DNA from: Candidatus Omnitrophota bacterium
GTDB lineage: Bacteria; Omnitrophota; Gorgyraeia; Tantalellales; Tantalellaceae
Direction of reading: 5' to 3'
DNA length: 64,000 bases
Assembly (NCBI GenBank): GCA_041667545.1
Contig: JBAYES010000001.1
Location: 5,928-69,927, forward strand
Part shown: piece after piece, positions 55,336 through 64,000 of the stretch
Layout: every line of letters begins with the position of its first letter
Position numbering within the stretch: position 1 is the stretch's first letter
The notes under the pieces: model-generated
Told to the model about the DNA's origin: nothing
The model's database searches: none
The model's input: the letters and a program-made list of their open reading frames with translations, nothing else
Program-made: the position numbers and the translations under genes

Positions 55336-56033
55336 CGGGCAGTGAAAAGAAAGTGGCCGGGATCATACAGGCACGTATGTCCTCAAGAAGGCTCCCGGGT
55401 AAGGTAATGATGGATCTATCCGGCAAGACTTTGCTTTCGCGCGTTATAGACAGGACAAGAGCGGCAAAAAGGATTGACTCTATATGTGTGGCGACTTCCG
55501 CTTTCCCGGAAGATGATGTTATTGAAATAGAGGCACGCAGGAATGATGTTGAGGTATTCAGGGGAGACCTAGATAATGTTCTGATGAGATATTGCGGGGC
55601 TGCAGATTATATGGGGGCGGATTATGTATTAAGGATAACGGGAGATAACCCTCTTACGGAACCAAGTTTTATAGATATGTGCTCGGATAAGATATTAAAT
55701 GAAGATCTTGATTATGTTTTTGTGAGTGATGTGCCTTACGGCTCTGGCGCTGAAGCGATTTCGAGAAGAGCTTTGTTCGAGGCTTTGGCAAAAGCTGATA
55801 GCAAAGAAAAAGAACATGTGACCATGTACTTGTACAAGAACCCGGAAGATTTCAAAAATTCAACGATAGAACCACCACCCTGGTTAAGGAGGCCGGATAT
55901 CAGACTGACCATTGATACTCCGAAAGATTATATTTTTCTGAGAAAAGTATTTTCATATTTTTACGAGAAAGGTATTTCAAACATCGGGCTAAGAGCCGTC
56001 ATCGAACTTATCGACGAGATAGGGGGGGCTTGA
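55320..56033 (+). CDS. CMP-nonulosonic acid cytidylyltransferase-like protein (SpsF/PseF/NeuA family, CTP_transf_3)
   Basis: VAGIIQARMSSRRLPGKVM matches the acylneuraminate cytidylyltransferase N-terminal motif. The true start may be an internal GTG. Confidence 0.7.
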   Translation: MDSLVTGSEKKVAGIIQARMSSRRLPGKVMMDLSGKTLLSRVIDRTRAAKRIDSICVATSAFPEDDVIEIEARRNDVEVFRGDLDNVLMRYCGAADYMGADYVLRITGDNPLTEPSFIDMCSDKILNEDLDYVFVSDVPYGSGAEAISRRALFEALAKADSKEKEHVTMYLYKNPEDFKNSTIEPPPWLRRPDIRLTIDTPKDYIFLRKVFSYFYEKGISNIGLRAVIELIDEIGGA

Positions 56034-56800
56034 TGGTGAACTTGGGATTGAAACTGTGGTCCGATAACGACGAATATATGCCCCATGCAGAAGAATTGTA
56101 TAGGGAAGGGTATTATGATTTTATAGAGCTATATGCGGTTCCAGGGACATCAAAAGAATATCTGGATAGATGGAAGAGTCTGGGAGTCAAATTTGTTATA
56201 CATGCGCCGCATTCTTTTCATGGGTTCAATCTTGCGGACTCTGGCAGAGCTGGTCGTAATAAGGTATTGTTTGAAGAAGCAAGGCGGTTCGCCGATGGCC
56301 TTGCCGCGGAACATATAGTCGTGCATCCCGGGGTGTTAGGTACGGAGGATGCGGTATTTGAGCAGTTAAAAGTCTTTGGCGACAGCAGGGTATTGCTGGA
56401 GAATATGCCTTATAGGGCTTTAGACAAGGGGATCTGCGCGGGTCATGATCCGGAACGAGTTAGAGACCTTGTCTCGTCATGCCATATAGGTTTTTGTCTG
56501 GACATAGCCCATGCCAGCAATTACGCTATCAACTTTGGGTGGGATTATTGCGATGTGCTTGAGGAGTTTATGTGTATAGAACCCAAATTGATACATATGT
56601 GTGGAATAGATATTTCTTCTGAGACCGACAGCCACTTGCATTTAAAGGATAGCCAGGTTAGTATGGATGAAATAGGAGCGATAATAAGAGGTTCCGGGGT
56701 AAAAAGATGTACGTTGGAGACCCCGAAGGATTCTCGAATCAATCTTGATGATTTCAAAGAAGAAATTTCAACGGCGCGAAAAATTTTGGGCGGATCATGA
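56030..56800 (+). CDS. TIM-barrel sugar phosphate isomerase/epimerase-like protein (xylose isomerase-like fold)
   Basis: Length and dispersed His/Glu/Asp pattern are compatible with the AP-endonuclease-2/xylose-isomerase-like TIM barrel. Assignment is weak. Confidence 0.4.
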   Translation: MMVNLGLKLWSDNDEYMPHAEELYREGYYDFIELYAVPGTSKEYLDRWKSLGVKFVIHAPHSFHGFNLADSGRAGRNKVLFEEARRFADGLAAEHIVVHPGVLGTEDAVFEQLKVFGDSRVLLENMPYRALDKGICAGHDPERVRDLVSSCHIGFCLDIAHASNYAINFGWDYCDVLEEFMCIEPKLIHMCGIDISSETDSHLHLKDSQVSMDEIGAIIRGSGVKRCTLETPKDSRINLDDFKEEISTARKILGGS

Positions 56801-57870
56801 TAAAAAAAATAGAGGTAGCTGGTCGCGTGATAGGGGATGGGTTTAAAACTTTCATAATAGCGGAGGCCGGAGCTAATTGGAAATACTGCAGAGATATGGA
56901 TCTTAATTATAAACACGCGATCAAGCTTATTAATATCGCCGCAGATTCGGGCGCGGATGCCGTTAAGTTCCAGGTGTACAGAGCCGCAAAGCTGTATGTT
57001 AAGTCAGCTGGTCACGCGGGTTACATAGGCAAGAATAAACCGATATACGATATCATTAAGGATATGGAAATACCCTATGAGTGGATACCGGAATTGAAGG
57101 ATCGATGTGATAAAAGAGGGATAGTTTTTCTTGCTACTCCGTTTGATGAAGAGTCGGTCATTGTACTTGAGAAGGCGGCGATAGAACTTTATAAGATAGC
57201 GTCGTATACTATTTCTCATCTACCCCTTGTCGAGATGATAGCGAGGCTCAACAAGCCTATCATTTTGTCTACCGGGGCATCCAACATTGCCGATATAGAC
57301 AGGGCACTTGAGACCGTGTCAAAATGGGGTAATGACAGGATTGCTCTTATGCAATGCACGGCCCGATATCCCGCATCGCTTGAGACCATTAATTTAAGAG
57401 TCATAAGTACTCTGAAAAATAAATATGATATTCCGGTAGGGCTTTCTGACCATTCCAGAAATCCAATTGTAGCGCCTCTCGGCGCGGTGAGTATCGGGGC
57501 AAATATCTTGGAAAAGCATTTCACAACTGACAATTCTTTGGATGGTCCGGATCATGGGTTTGCCCTGCTTCCAGAAGAGTTCAAGATGATGGTGGATTAT
57601 ATCAGAATGATGGAACGGGCGATTGGTAGTGGGGTCAAGGAGATCCAGAAGGAAGAAGAAGAATTGCATGGATTTTGCAGAAGGAAAATATATGCTGTAA
57701 AAGACATTTTACAAGGTGAATCTTTCTCGGAGGACAATATCGGGGTTTTGCGGAGTGGTCACGCTGCTAAAGGGCTGGATCCTCTGGAATATGGAAACGC
57801 GATCGGGAAAAGAGCAAGAATCCGTATTAAGGCAGGTGATCCTATAACCAAGGAAGTTCTGGATGAATGA
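56797..57870 (+). CDS. nonulosonic acid synthase (NeuB/PseI/SpsE family)
   Basis: FIIAEAGANW...AADSGADAVKFQ NeuB motif plus a C-terminal SAF (antifreeze-like) domain. Confidence 0.85.
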   Translation: MIKKIEVAGRVIGDGFKTFIIAEAGANWKYCRDMDLNYKHAIKLINIAADSGADAVKFQVYRAAKLYVKSAGHAGYIGKNKPIYDIIKDMEIPYEWIPELKDRCDKRGIVFLATPFDEESVIVLEKAAIELYKIASYTISHLPLVEMIARLNKPIILSTGASNIADIDRALETVSKWGNDRIALMQCTARYPASLETINLRVISTLKNKYDIPVGLSDHSRNPIVAPLGAVSIGANILEKHFTTDNSLDGPDHGFALLPEEFKMMVDYIRMMERAIGSGVKEIQKEEEELHGFCRRKIYAVKDILQGESFSEDNIGVLRSGHAAKGLDPLEYGNAIGKRARIRIKAGDPITKEVLDE

Positions 57871-60121
57871 TTACGGGTTATCTTTCCGGCCGGCTGTCAG
57901 GGAAGATTGTTCCCTGTTTCATATGTGGAGGAATGAGAGTATTGTCCGGGATCGTTCTTTTTCGGGTGATATGATAGGTTTAGAGGAGCATAAAGAATGG
58001 TTTGAGAAAAAATTGATCGATGGTAATTGCAAAATGTTCGTTTTGCAGAGAAACAGCATCCCACTTGGGCAGGTCAGGTTTGACATTTTAGGAAAGAAAG
58101 CCGAAATAAGCCTGTCTATTTCGAGTGAGTATAGAGGCATGTCATATGGCAAAAGAAGTATCAGAATGATGTCGGATTACATACTACGCAGTGGTATTGC
58201 TGACAGAGTGGTTGCGTATGTAAAGGAGGGGAACAAGTCTTCATTGGGAGCTTTCAGATCCTCGGGGTATACGGTATTGAACGAGAATATCATAGTCAAG
58301 GGGCAGAAGGCGATTGAGCTAGAGTACTCAGAGGAAGGCAGGCGGACCAGGCCCATCAAGTATCTTGCTACGACATCTCTTAAGCAAATATGGGAGAAGG
58401 AAAGAGATATTGTTTTGCTGGGGCCTTGGTGTTTTGATGGAGAGACGTATGAGGGCGAACCCTCCTCTATTGCCCTATCTCTGGCAAAAGATATAAAATA
58501 TACTACTGAGAACCTGATACCAAATGCGAATTATTGTGAGAAAGTTTACGGGGAGCTGATAGGTGAAATGACGGCTGTTATGAACGCTGTGCACGATGTC
58601 CAGGAGAGCGTCGATTACTGGGCAATTGTTCTTAACCCCTGGCTTGTTTTTCATATTTGCATGATGCATGAAAAATACACCAGGATATTGAAAGTTCAGA
58701 ACGAGCATAAGGATGGACTATATACTCATACGGTGGAACCCGACGAGAATCTAGCTCCGATGGATACCCGGGAGTTTCTTTTCAATAAGGTCGGAGATCC
58801 TGTCTATAACTTGCAGTTATTTTCTCAAATTATTAAAGCATCTGGGATGAACCATCATAAAGCAGAGAAATTTAGTCCTCTTCGCCCGGAGACGGGCTAT
58901 AGTCGTTGGGGGGAAGCCTTGAACTCAGTCAAAATTTTCGTTAAACGTATGTTTTATAAAAGTCTGTCGGCTTTTCTCGCAGAAAGCGATGTTGTCATGA
59001 CCGACATGTATCACATCGATTTTTGGGACTGCGTTCATTTAAGTCTGGCTACAGGATCGGCAATTTGTTTGGATACTATTTTTCCATGCCGGCGTACCGA
59101 AATATTTGATTATGATAAAGAACTCAGAGGAAAGATGAAAATGGCGAAAGGGGATGACCCTTTTGTGAATGTATTAAAGGAAAGCATCATATACTCCATG
59201 CCTCGTTGTTATGTTGAGGGATACGCTTATGTCTCGGGGCGAGTGAACGATATCAAGAGAAAAAAACCACATTTTATTATATCCGCGATAGGGTGGTACT
59301 TTAATGAAATGTTTAAGTTTTATGCGGCTCGAATGAAGAGCAAAGGCAGCAAGTTAGTAGGTGTTCAACATGGCGGGGATTACGGCTACAGTCTTTACCA
59401 ATCGGCGTTCATTTTTGAGCTGAAAAACAAAGACATGTTCTTCAGTTGGGGGTGGGGAAAAGGTATGGATAAGATAAAGGCGCTTCCCAATCCACATCTT
59501 TCCAGGATCAAGAATACATACTCGAATAGGGGGGACGGGATCCTCTATATATCTACCAATTATCCAAAACATTTTTTCTCTTTGTTGAGCTATCCTGGTA
59601 CCGAAGGGATGGAAATGTATTTCGAACAACAATTTTCTTTTTTGAAAAAAATGCCTTCTCGTCTGACCGGAAAATTGTACTATCGTTCTTACCCGACGGA
59701 TTACGGCAGGAGGATAAAAGACAGGGTAAAAATGATGAATCCTTCGATCAGGTGGGCCGACAAGTCCAGGAGTTTTCAGTGGATGAGGCGATCTAGACTA
59801 GTCGTATTGGATCACCCCGGGACATCCTTTGTGGAAGCCATGGTGGTGAACGTGCCATTGATACTTTTCTATAGCAGGGAATTATGGGCTATGTCACCTT
59901 ATGCAGAGAGTCTTTTTGATGCGATGAGGAGTAAAGGTATTGTTCAACCCAATCCTGATTCTGCTGCGGTTAAACTGGATGAAGTCTATGATAATGCTCG
60001 TGAATGGTGGAAGGATAGGCAGATACAAAAGATCAGAGAAGAATTTATTGAAAGCTATGGATATTCCCGGAAAAACTGGAGGGATATATGGGCCAAAGAA
60101 ATACGTTTATTGAAAGACTAA
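57863..60121 (+). CDS. fusion protein: N-terminal GNAT acetyltransferase (PseH-like) plus a C-terminal domain of about 580 aa and unknown function
   Basis: First roughly 170 aa have a GNAT layout (...RNESIVRDRSF... NCKMFVLQRNSIPLGQVRF...). The remaining 580 aa match no motif I recognise with confidence. Confidence 0.55.
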   Translation: MNDYGLSFRPAVREDCSLFHMWRNESIVRDRSFSGDMIGLEEHKEWFEKKLIDGNCKMFVLQRNSIPLGQVRFDILGKKAEISLSISSEYRGMSYGKRSIRMMSDYILRSGIADRVVAYVKEGNKSSLGAFRSSGYTVLNENIIVKGQKAIELEYSEEGRRTRPIKYLATTSLKQIWEKERDIVLLGPWCFDGETYEGEPSSIALSLAKDIKYTTENLIPNANYCEKVYGELIGEMTAVMNAVHDVQESVDYWAIVLNPWLVFHICMMHEKYTRILKVQNEHKDGLYTHTVEPDENLAPMDTREFLFNKVGDPVYNLQLFSQIIKASGMNHHKAEKFSPLRPETGYSRWGEALNSVKIFVKRMFYKSLSAFLAESDVVMTDMYHIDFWDCVHLSLATGSAICLDTIFPCRRTEIFDYDKELRGKMKMAKGDDPFVNVLKESIIYSMPRCYVEGYAYVSGRVNDIKRKKPHFIISAIGWYFNEMFKFYAARMKSKGSKLVGVQHGGDYGYSLYQSAFIFELKNKDMFFSWGWGKGMDKIKALPNPHLSRIKNTYSNRGDGILYISTNYPKHFFSLLSYPGTEGMEMYFEQQFSFLKKMPSRLTGKLYYRSYPTDYGRRIKDRVKMMNPSIRWADKSRSFQWMRRSRLVVLDHPGTSFVEAMVVNVPLILFYSRELWAMSPYAESLFDAMRSKGIVQPNPDSAAVKLDEVYDNAREWWKDRQIQKIREEFIESYGYSRKNWRDIWAKEIRLLKD

Positions 60122-60136
60122 CCCTGGAGGATAGAG

Positions 60137-61366
60137 ATGAGATATTGTAAAAGGTGTGTATATCCGGAGTCGTCCGCTGTAAAGCTTACGTTTGATGAGA
60201 GGGGAATATGCAGTGGATGCAGAGTTGCTGAAGAAAAAGAAAAACTGGATTGGGGTGAGCGTGAAAAACAATTGAGAAAGATCCTAGAGTCATATAAGGG
60301 ACAGGCAGAATATGACTGTATAATTCCGGTGTCAGGTGGCAAGGATAGTCACTATCAGGTGTATCTGATAAAAGAAGTTTATGGCCTAAACCCTCTTCTG
60401 GTGACATTTAACCACACTTTTAATACGAGGCTGGGAATAGATAATCTTACGAACCTTGTTGAAAAATTTGGTTGCGATCACTTAAGGTTTACGCCCAGTC
60501 CTAAAACAGTGAAAAAGCTTGCCAGGGTTGCTCTCAAAAAGATGGGGGACTTTTGCTGGCATTGTCATTGTGGTATTTTTACCTATCCCGTTCAGGTAGC
60601 CGTGAAATATCGGATACCTTTATTGATATGGGGGGAACAGGGTTTCTTAGACTTAGGGGGTATGTTTTCGCATTACGATATGATTGAAATGACGAGGAGG
60701 TTCAGGACGGAGCATGGTCTCAGGGGATACGACTATTCCGATTTGATCGACGAGAAAGAGGGGATAACGGCAGAAGACTTGAGGTGGGCGGTATATCCTT
60801 CAGATAAGGATATCGAGCGTGTGGGGGTCAGGGGCATTTATCTTGGTAATTTTGTTAATTGGAACGGAAAAAAACAGACGGAGTTTTTAATAAAAAATTA
60901 TAATTTTCAGACGGCTCGTGAATCAAGAAGTTACAATACCTACGAAAACGTCGAATGTCATCATTGTGGTGGTGCCCATGACTATCTCAAATGGCTTAAA
61001 TTTGGCTATGGCAGGGCCACAGATCATGCGTCGCAAGATATACGTTTGGGTAGGATGACGAGAGAGGAGGGTGTTGATATGGTTGAGAAATACGACGCGA
61101 AACGTCCAAATGACCTAGATCCGCTTCTTGATTGGCTGGAGATAAGTGAGGAAGAATTTGTCGAGGCCGTTGATGGGATGAGGGATCCGCGCGCGTGGAA
61201 AAAAGAGAACGGCAAGTGGATATTGCAAGATCATGTGAGAAATCACCGGAACGATCCTGGAGTAGAGGAGGTAAGGGTGCCTCTTGATGAAGAAAAACGA
61301 AAAACGAGAGAATATGTTCTGACATGTCCAAGAGGTAAGTTCGCCGATGGATATGTCAGGATGTGA
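60137..61366 (+). CDS. N-acetyl sugar amidotransferase (WbuX/PseA-like, PP-loop ATPase)
   Basis: N-terminal CKRCVYPESS...CSGC zinc ribbon and PP-loop PVSGGKDSHYQ. Followed by HisH/HisF homologs. Confidence 0.8.
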   Translation: MRYCKRCVYPESSAVKLTFDERGICSGCRVAEEKEKLDWGEREKQLRKILESYKGQAEYDCIIPVSGGKDSHYQVYLIKEVYGLNPLLVTFNHTFNTRLGIDNLTNLVEKFGCDHLRFTPSPKTVKKLARVALKKMGDFCWHCHCGIFTYPVQVAVKYRIPLLIWGEQGFLDLGGMFSHYDMIEMTRRFRTEHGLRGYDYSDLIDEKEGITAEDLRWAVYPSDKDIERVGVRGIYLGNFVNWNGKKQTEFLIKNYNFQTARESRSYNTYENVECHHCGGAHDYLKWLKFGYGRATDHASQDIRLGRMTREEGVDMVEKYDAKRPNDLDPLLDWLEISEEEFVEAVDGMRDPRAWKKENGKWILQDHVRNHRNDPGVEEVRVPLDEEKRKTREYVLTCPRGKFADGYVRM

Positions 61367-61385
61367 AATATTACATCATTTTATG

Positions 61386-62003
61386 AAGACGCTTGTAGTT
61401 GATTACAACATAGGAAATTTGCAGTCCATGGTTAATGCTCTGAAAATGGTCGGAGGTGATGTGATAGTTTCTAACAAGGGGGAAGATTTTGAAAAGGCTT
61501 CACATATAGTTTTGCCAGGTGTCGGAGCGTTTGGGGAAGGTATGAAGAATCTTGAAGCCCTGGGGTTGATCGAATTACTGCACAAACATGTGATCGAGAA
61601 AAAAAAGCCATTTTTAGGTGTATGTTTGGGAATGCAGCTTATATGTGGATATAGCTGTGAGGGGGGAGATTACAAAGGCCTTGGGTGGGTTACCTCTAAA
61701 GTCCAATACCTGGGGCAGGGTATAACGGGATTGTTGATTCCACATGTAGGATGGAATGACGTTGTCCCGAGGGATAAAAGTGTTTTATTTCCCGATCCGC
61801 TGAAAACCTATGTGTTTTACTTTGTTCACAGCTACCACTGCGAGTCAGAATCGCAAGATGTTGTTAGTTCGGAATGTTTCTACGGACGCAAATTCACCGC
61901 AAGCTTTGAACATGAAAATATTTTTGCCACGCAGTTTCATCCAGAAAAAAGTCAGCTTTTGGGGTTAGAGTTGTTAGGTAACTTTTTAAATTATCGTTTT
62001 TGA
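61386..62003 (+). CDS. glutamine amidotransferase subunit, HisH-like (WbuY-type)
   Basis: LVVDYNIGNLQSMVNAL...VLPGVGAFG...GVCLGMQL catalytic Cys and a HxxE C-terminus. Start at ATG 61386. Confidence 0.8.
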   Translation, partial: KTLVVDYNIGNLQSMVNALKMVGGDVIVSNKGEDFEKASHIVLPGVGAFGEGMKNLEALGLIELLHKHVIEKKKPFLGVCLGMQLICGYSCEGGDYKGLGWVTSKVQYLGQGITGLLIPHVGWNDVVPRDKSVLFPDPLKTYVFYFVHSYHCESESQDVVSSECFYGRKFTASFEHENIFATQFHPEKSQLLGLELLGNFLNYRF

Positions 62004-62019
62004 TTGCAGGGAAACATAT

Positions 62020-62862
62020 ATGCTTAAAAAAAGGCTTATTGCCGTACTTCTCCTGAAGAACGGGCATCTGGTCAAAACTAGGAATTTTGATAATTTTCAG
62101 ATAATTGGTAGTCCTTTGCAGTCCATCGAGAGGTTCAATTCATGGGCAGTTGATGAAATATTGCTGCTGGATTTGAGTACAGAAAAATTTTACGACCACG
62201 AAAGATATGATTGTGGATATGAGAACCCGGATTCTATTGAGGGTATAATCTCATACCTTTCAAGATCTTGTTTTGTCCCGCTTGCGGTTGGAGGGGGAAT
62301 ACACAATATTGAAGATATTAAACAGCGCCTTAAATTTGGCGCGGATAAAGTAGTTATAAATACGCAGGCATTCAATGCTCCCGGTTTTATTGTCGAAGCA
62401 GCGAAGATGTTCGGGAAACAGTGCATAGTGGTATCGATAGATGTTAAGTTTGGCAGCGGCGGAAGGCCAACCGTTCATGTGGCGCATGGTAATAAGGATA
62501 CAGGACTTGATCCGGTAGTATGGGCTAAAGAAGTTGAAACATTTGGTGCCGGGGAAATTTTGCTTAACTCTGTAGACAGGGATGGCACTATGTCTGGATA
62601 TGACCTTGATCTAATAAGATCCGTCACCGAAAATGTAGATATACCAGTTATCGTTTGTGGTGGGGCAGGGGAATGGAGCCATTTTGTTGATGCTATTAAT
62701 CTTGGCCAAGCTTCGGCCGTTGGAGCTGCTAATATTTTCTATTTCAGGGAACAGAGTACACGAATAGCGAAGAAATATATGAAAGCTTCCGGTATCAATG
62801 TGCGTTTCGCCGAGGATTTTGAGAAATTTATAAACATTAAGAATAATCAGGCCACACGGTGA
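62020..62862 (+). CDS. cyclase subunit, HisF-like (WbuZ-type)
   Basis: HisA/HisF TIM-barrel pattern (...VPLAVGGGI..., ...IVVSIDVK..., ...GAGEILLNSVDRDGT...). Confidence 0.8.
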   Translation: MLKKRLIAVLLLKNGHLVKTRNFDNFQIIGSPLQSIERFNSWAVDEILLLDLSTEKFYDHERYDCGYENPDSIEGIISYLSRSCFVPLAVGGGIHNIEDIKQRLKFGADKVVINTQAFNAPGFIVEAAKMFGKQCIVVSIDVKFGSGGRPTVHVAHGNKDTGLDPVVWAKEVETFGAGEILLNSVDRDGTMSGYDLDLIRSVTENVDIPVIVCGGAGEWSHFVDAINLGQASAVGAANIFYFREQSTRIAKKYMKASGINVRFAEDFEKFINIKNNQATR

Positions 62863-63299
62863 GGAACGATTTGTCATTTTTAAAGTTCATAAAACAAATA
62901 TTTTGGCGGACACCCGGGAAGTTCATTTTTATCGTTATTTTTATAATCCTGGCTGGTATGCTTGAAGGTGTGGGGTTTACGCTTTTTTCAAATCCTTTTA
63001 TACGGCATATCATTAATACTTTACGACTGGTGGAAAGGACTCATTGGTTTAAATTGCAGGAGGTTTTTGACGAGCTGGCATATCTATTAAAAGCTTTATC
63101 ATTCGAAGGGATATGTTCAGATTGCCGCGACGCACTCAAAGAAAAGTTCCTGATATTCGCTGATATAGATAGGTTTTATAAGAACTGGATATCAGGAGGA
63201 CTTGCCATGGATCAAAACATAGTAGACGGGTATATGGATATAGTAGATAGGGTTTTGTTGAACGGCGCCGAGGAGTGCGCGGGAGTACTGCATGGATAA
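62859..63299 (+). CDS. hypothetical protein
   Basis: 146-aa ORF with an N-terminal hydrophobic segment, co-directional and overlapping with its neighbours. No recognised family. Confidence 0.4.
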   Translation: MRNDLSFLKFIKQIFWRTPGKFIFIVIFIILAGMLEGVGFTLFSNPFIRHIINTLRLVERTHWFKLQEVFDELAYLLKALSFEGICSDCRDALKEKFLIFADIDRFYKNWISGGLAMDQNIVDGYMDIVDRVLLNGAEECAGVLHG

Positions 63300-64000
63300 C
63301 TCAGAGACGATGAAAGCTTGGGCAGACAATTGGTCCCCCCACAGCGTGAGTGAAGTGATGTCGATATTCGGATATATCAGAGTTAAGAGATTGCTGACTA
63401 TTTTTAGGGAATTGTTACCGGTCGAAGGCAAGATCCTAGAAGGTGGATGCGGGTTGGGACCATGGGTCATCAAATTGCGTGAACTTGGGTACGATGTCAC
63501 GGGCGTGGATTACGACACGGCCTCTATCGGTAAGATCAAGGAATACGATCCCATTATACCGGCGTATGTTGCGGATGTAAACAGCATGCCGTTCGAAAAC
63601 AATACTTTTGATGCTTACATGTCATTGGGCGTGCTTGAACATTTTGTTGAAGGTCCTCAAGAAGCTATTGAAGAAGCTCGAAGGGTTATGAAATCTGATG
63701 GATTGTTCCTGATAACGCTGCCCTACTTGAACCTGTTATTGAGGGTGAAGCGTCCTTATGAAAGATTGAAAAGGATTGGTTGGGTTAGAGGGCTCTTAGG
63801 GAAAGAACAAAAAGTCTTCTATTACGAGCGTTATTTTAACGTGCGCGAGATATGCAATTATCTTGAGGCTGGGGGTTTCGAGGTCGAGGAGATTAAGCCG
63901 ATCGATCATATATTCTCATTCGTTTCTTTTTCGAGAATTTTCAGGGATAAAATGTCTTATGATGGAGAGAATGATCTTGCTGTGAAGGCCGCAGATATTT
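63292..64000 (+). CDS. class I SAM-dependent methyltransferase, partial (runs off the window end)
   Basis: My manual translation from ATG 63292 gives ...ILEGGCGLGPWV...VTGVDYD...MSLGVLEHF..., which are methyltransferase motifs I and II. No stop before 64000, so it is absent from the ORF track. Confidence 0.55.
   Translation, partial: MDNSETMKAWADNWSPHSVSEVMSIFGYIRVKRLLTIFRELLPVEGKILEGGCGLGPWVIKLRELGYDVTGVDYDTASIGKIKEYDPIIPAYVADVNSMPFENNTFDAYMSLGVLEHFVEGPQEAIEEARRVMKSDGLFLITLPYLNLLLRVKRPYERLKRIGWVRGLLGKEQKVFYYERYFNVREICNYLEAGGFEVEEIKPIDHIFSFVSFSRIFRDKMSYDGENDLAVKAADI

Noticed and set aside
1-64000. tRNA, rRNA or other known structured RNA genes in intergenic regions.
   Set aside because: I found no GTTCGA/TTCGAATC T-loop-like motif with a matching acceptor stem and no rRNA-like conserved stretch. 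The intergenic regions are instead filled by the repeat families described.

Overview
This is a 64-kb segment from an apparently uncultivated diderm bacterium (LptD present, roughly 45% GC). Every gene I can support lies on the + strand. The window has four parts.

(1) The 5' end carries remnants of a Fic/Doc gene and a frameshifted HNH endonuclease. It continues with a housekeeping block: miaB-miaA-hflX, a sigma70 promoter plus CIRCE controlling hrcA-grpE-dnaK-dnaJ, an FmdB zinc ribbon, VanZ-like and DUF1015 proteins, accD, an orphan MalK-like ABC ATPase, two GAF-GGDEF cyclases and lptD.

(2) A surface-glycan locus runs from about 19.4 to 34.2 kb. It contains ugd, rfbC/A/B/D, a TviB/WecC-type dehydrogenase with a 4-epimerase, an O-carbamoyltransferase with SxtJ/SxtK-like small proteins, UDP-xylose synthase, gmd and a DegT aminotransferase. 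Its intergenic spaces hold an unusual, internally related family of tandem repeats and structured elements, including CGTCRTTGCGAGG...CGAAGCAATC units, GGTAAGGGG tracts and a conserved 42-nt upstream box.

(3) An AbiEi/AbiEii module of about 2 kb is flanked by 96-bp direct repeats and long-loop hairpins.

(4) A second, repeat-free glycosylation block follows. It has three GtrB/ArnC-like GT2 genes, YfhO, two PMT/ArnT-like GT-C genes, a Wzy_C ligase-like gene and FdtA/DegT. Next is a pseudaminic-acid-like nonulosonic acid pathway (PseB/PseC/NeuB/CMP-transferase, a GNAT fusion and WbuX-HisH-HisF amidotransferase), ending in a partial methyltransferase.

I found no rRNA, tRNA or CRISPR. All product calls come from motif recognition by eye, with no database search run.
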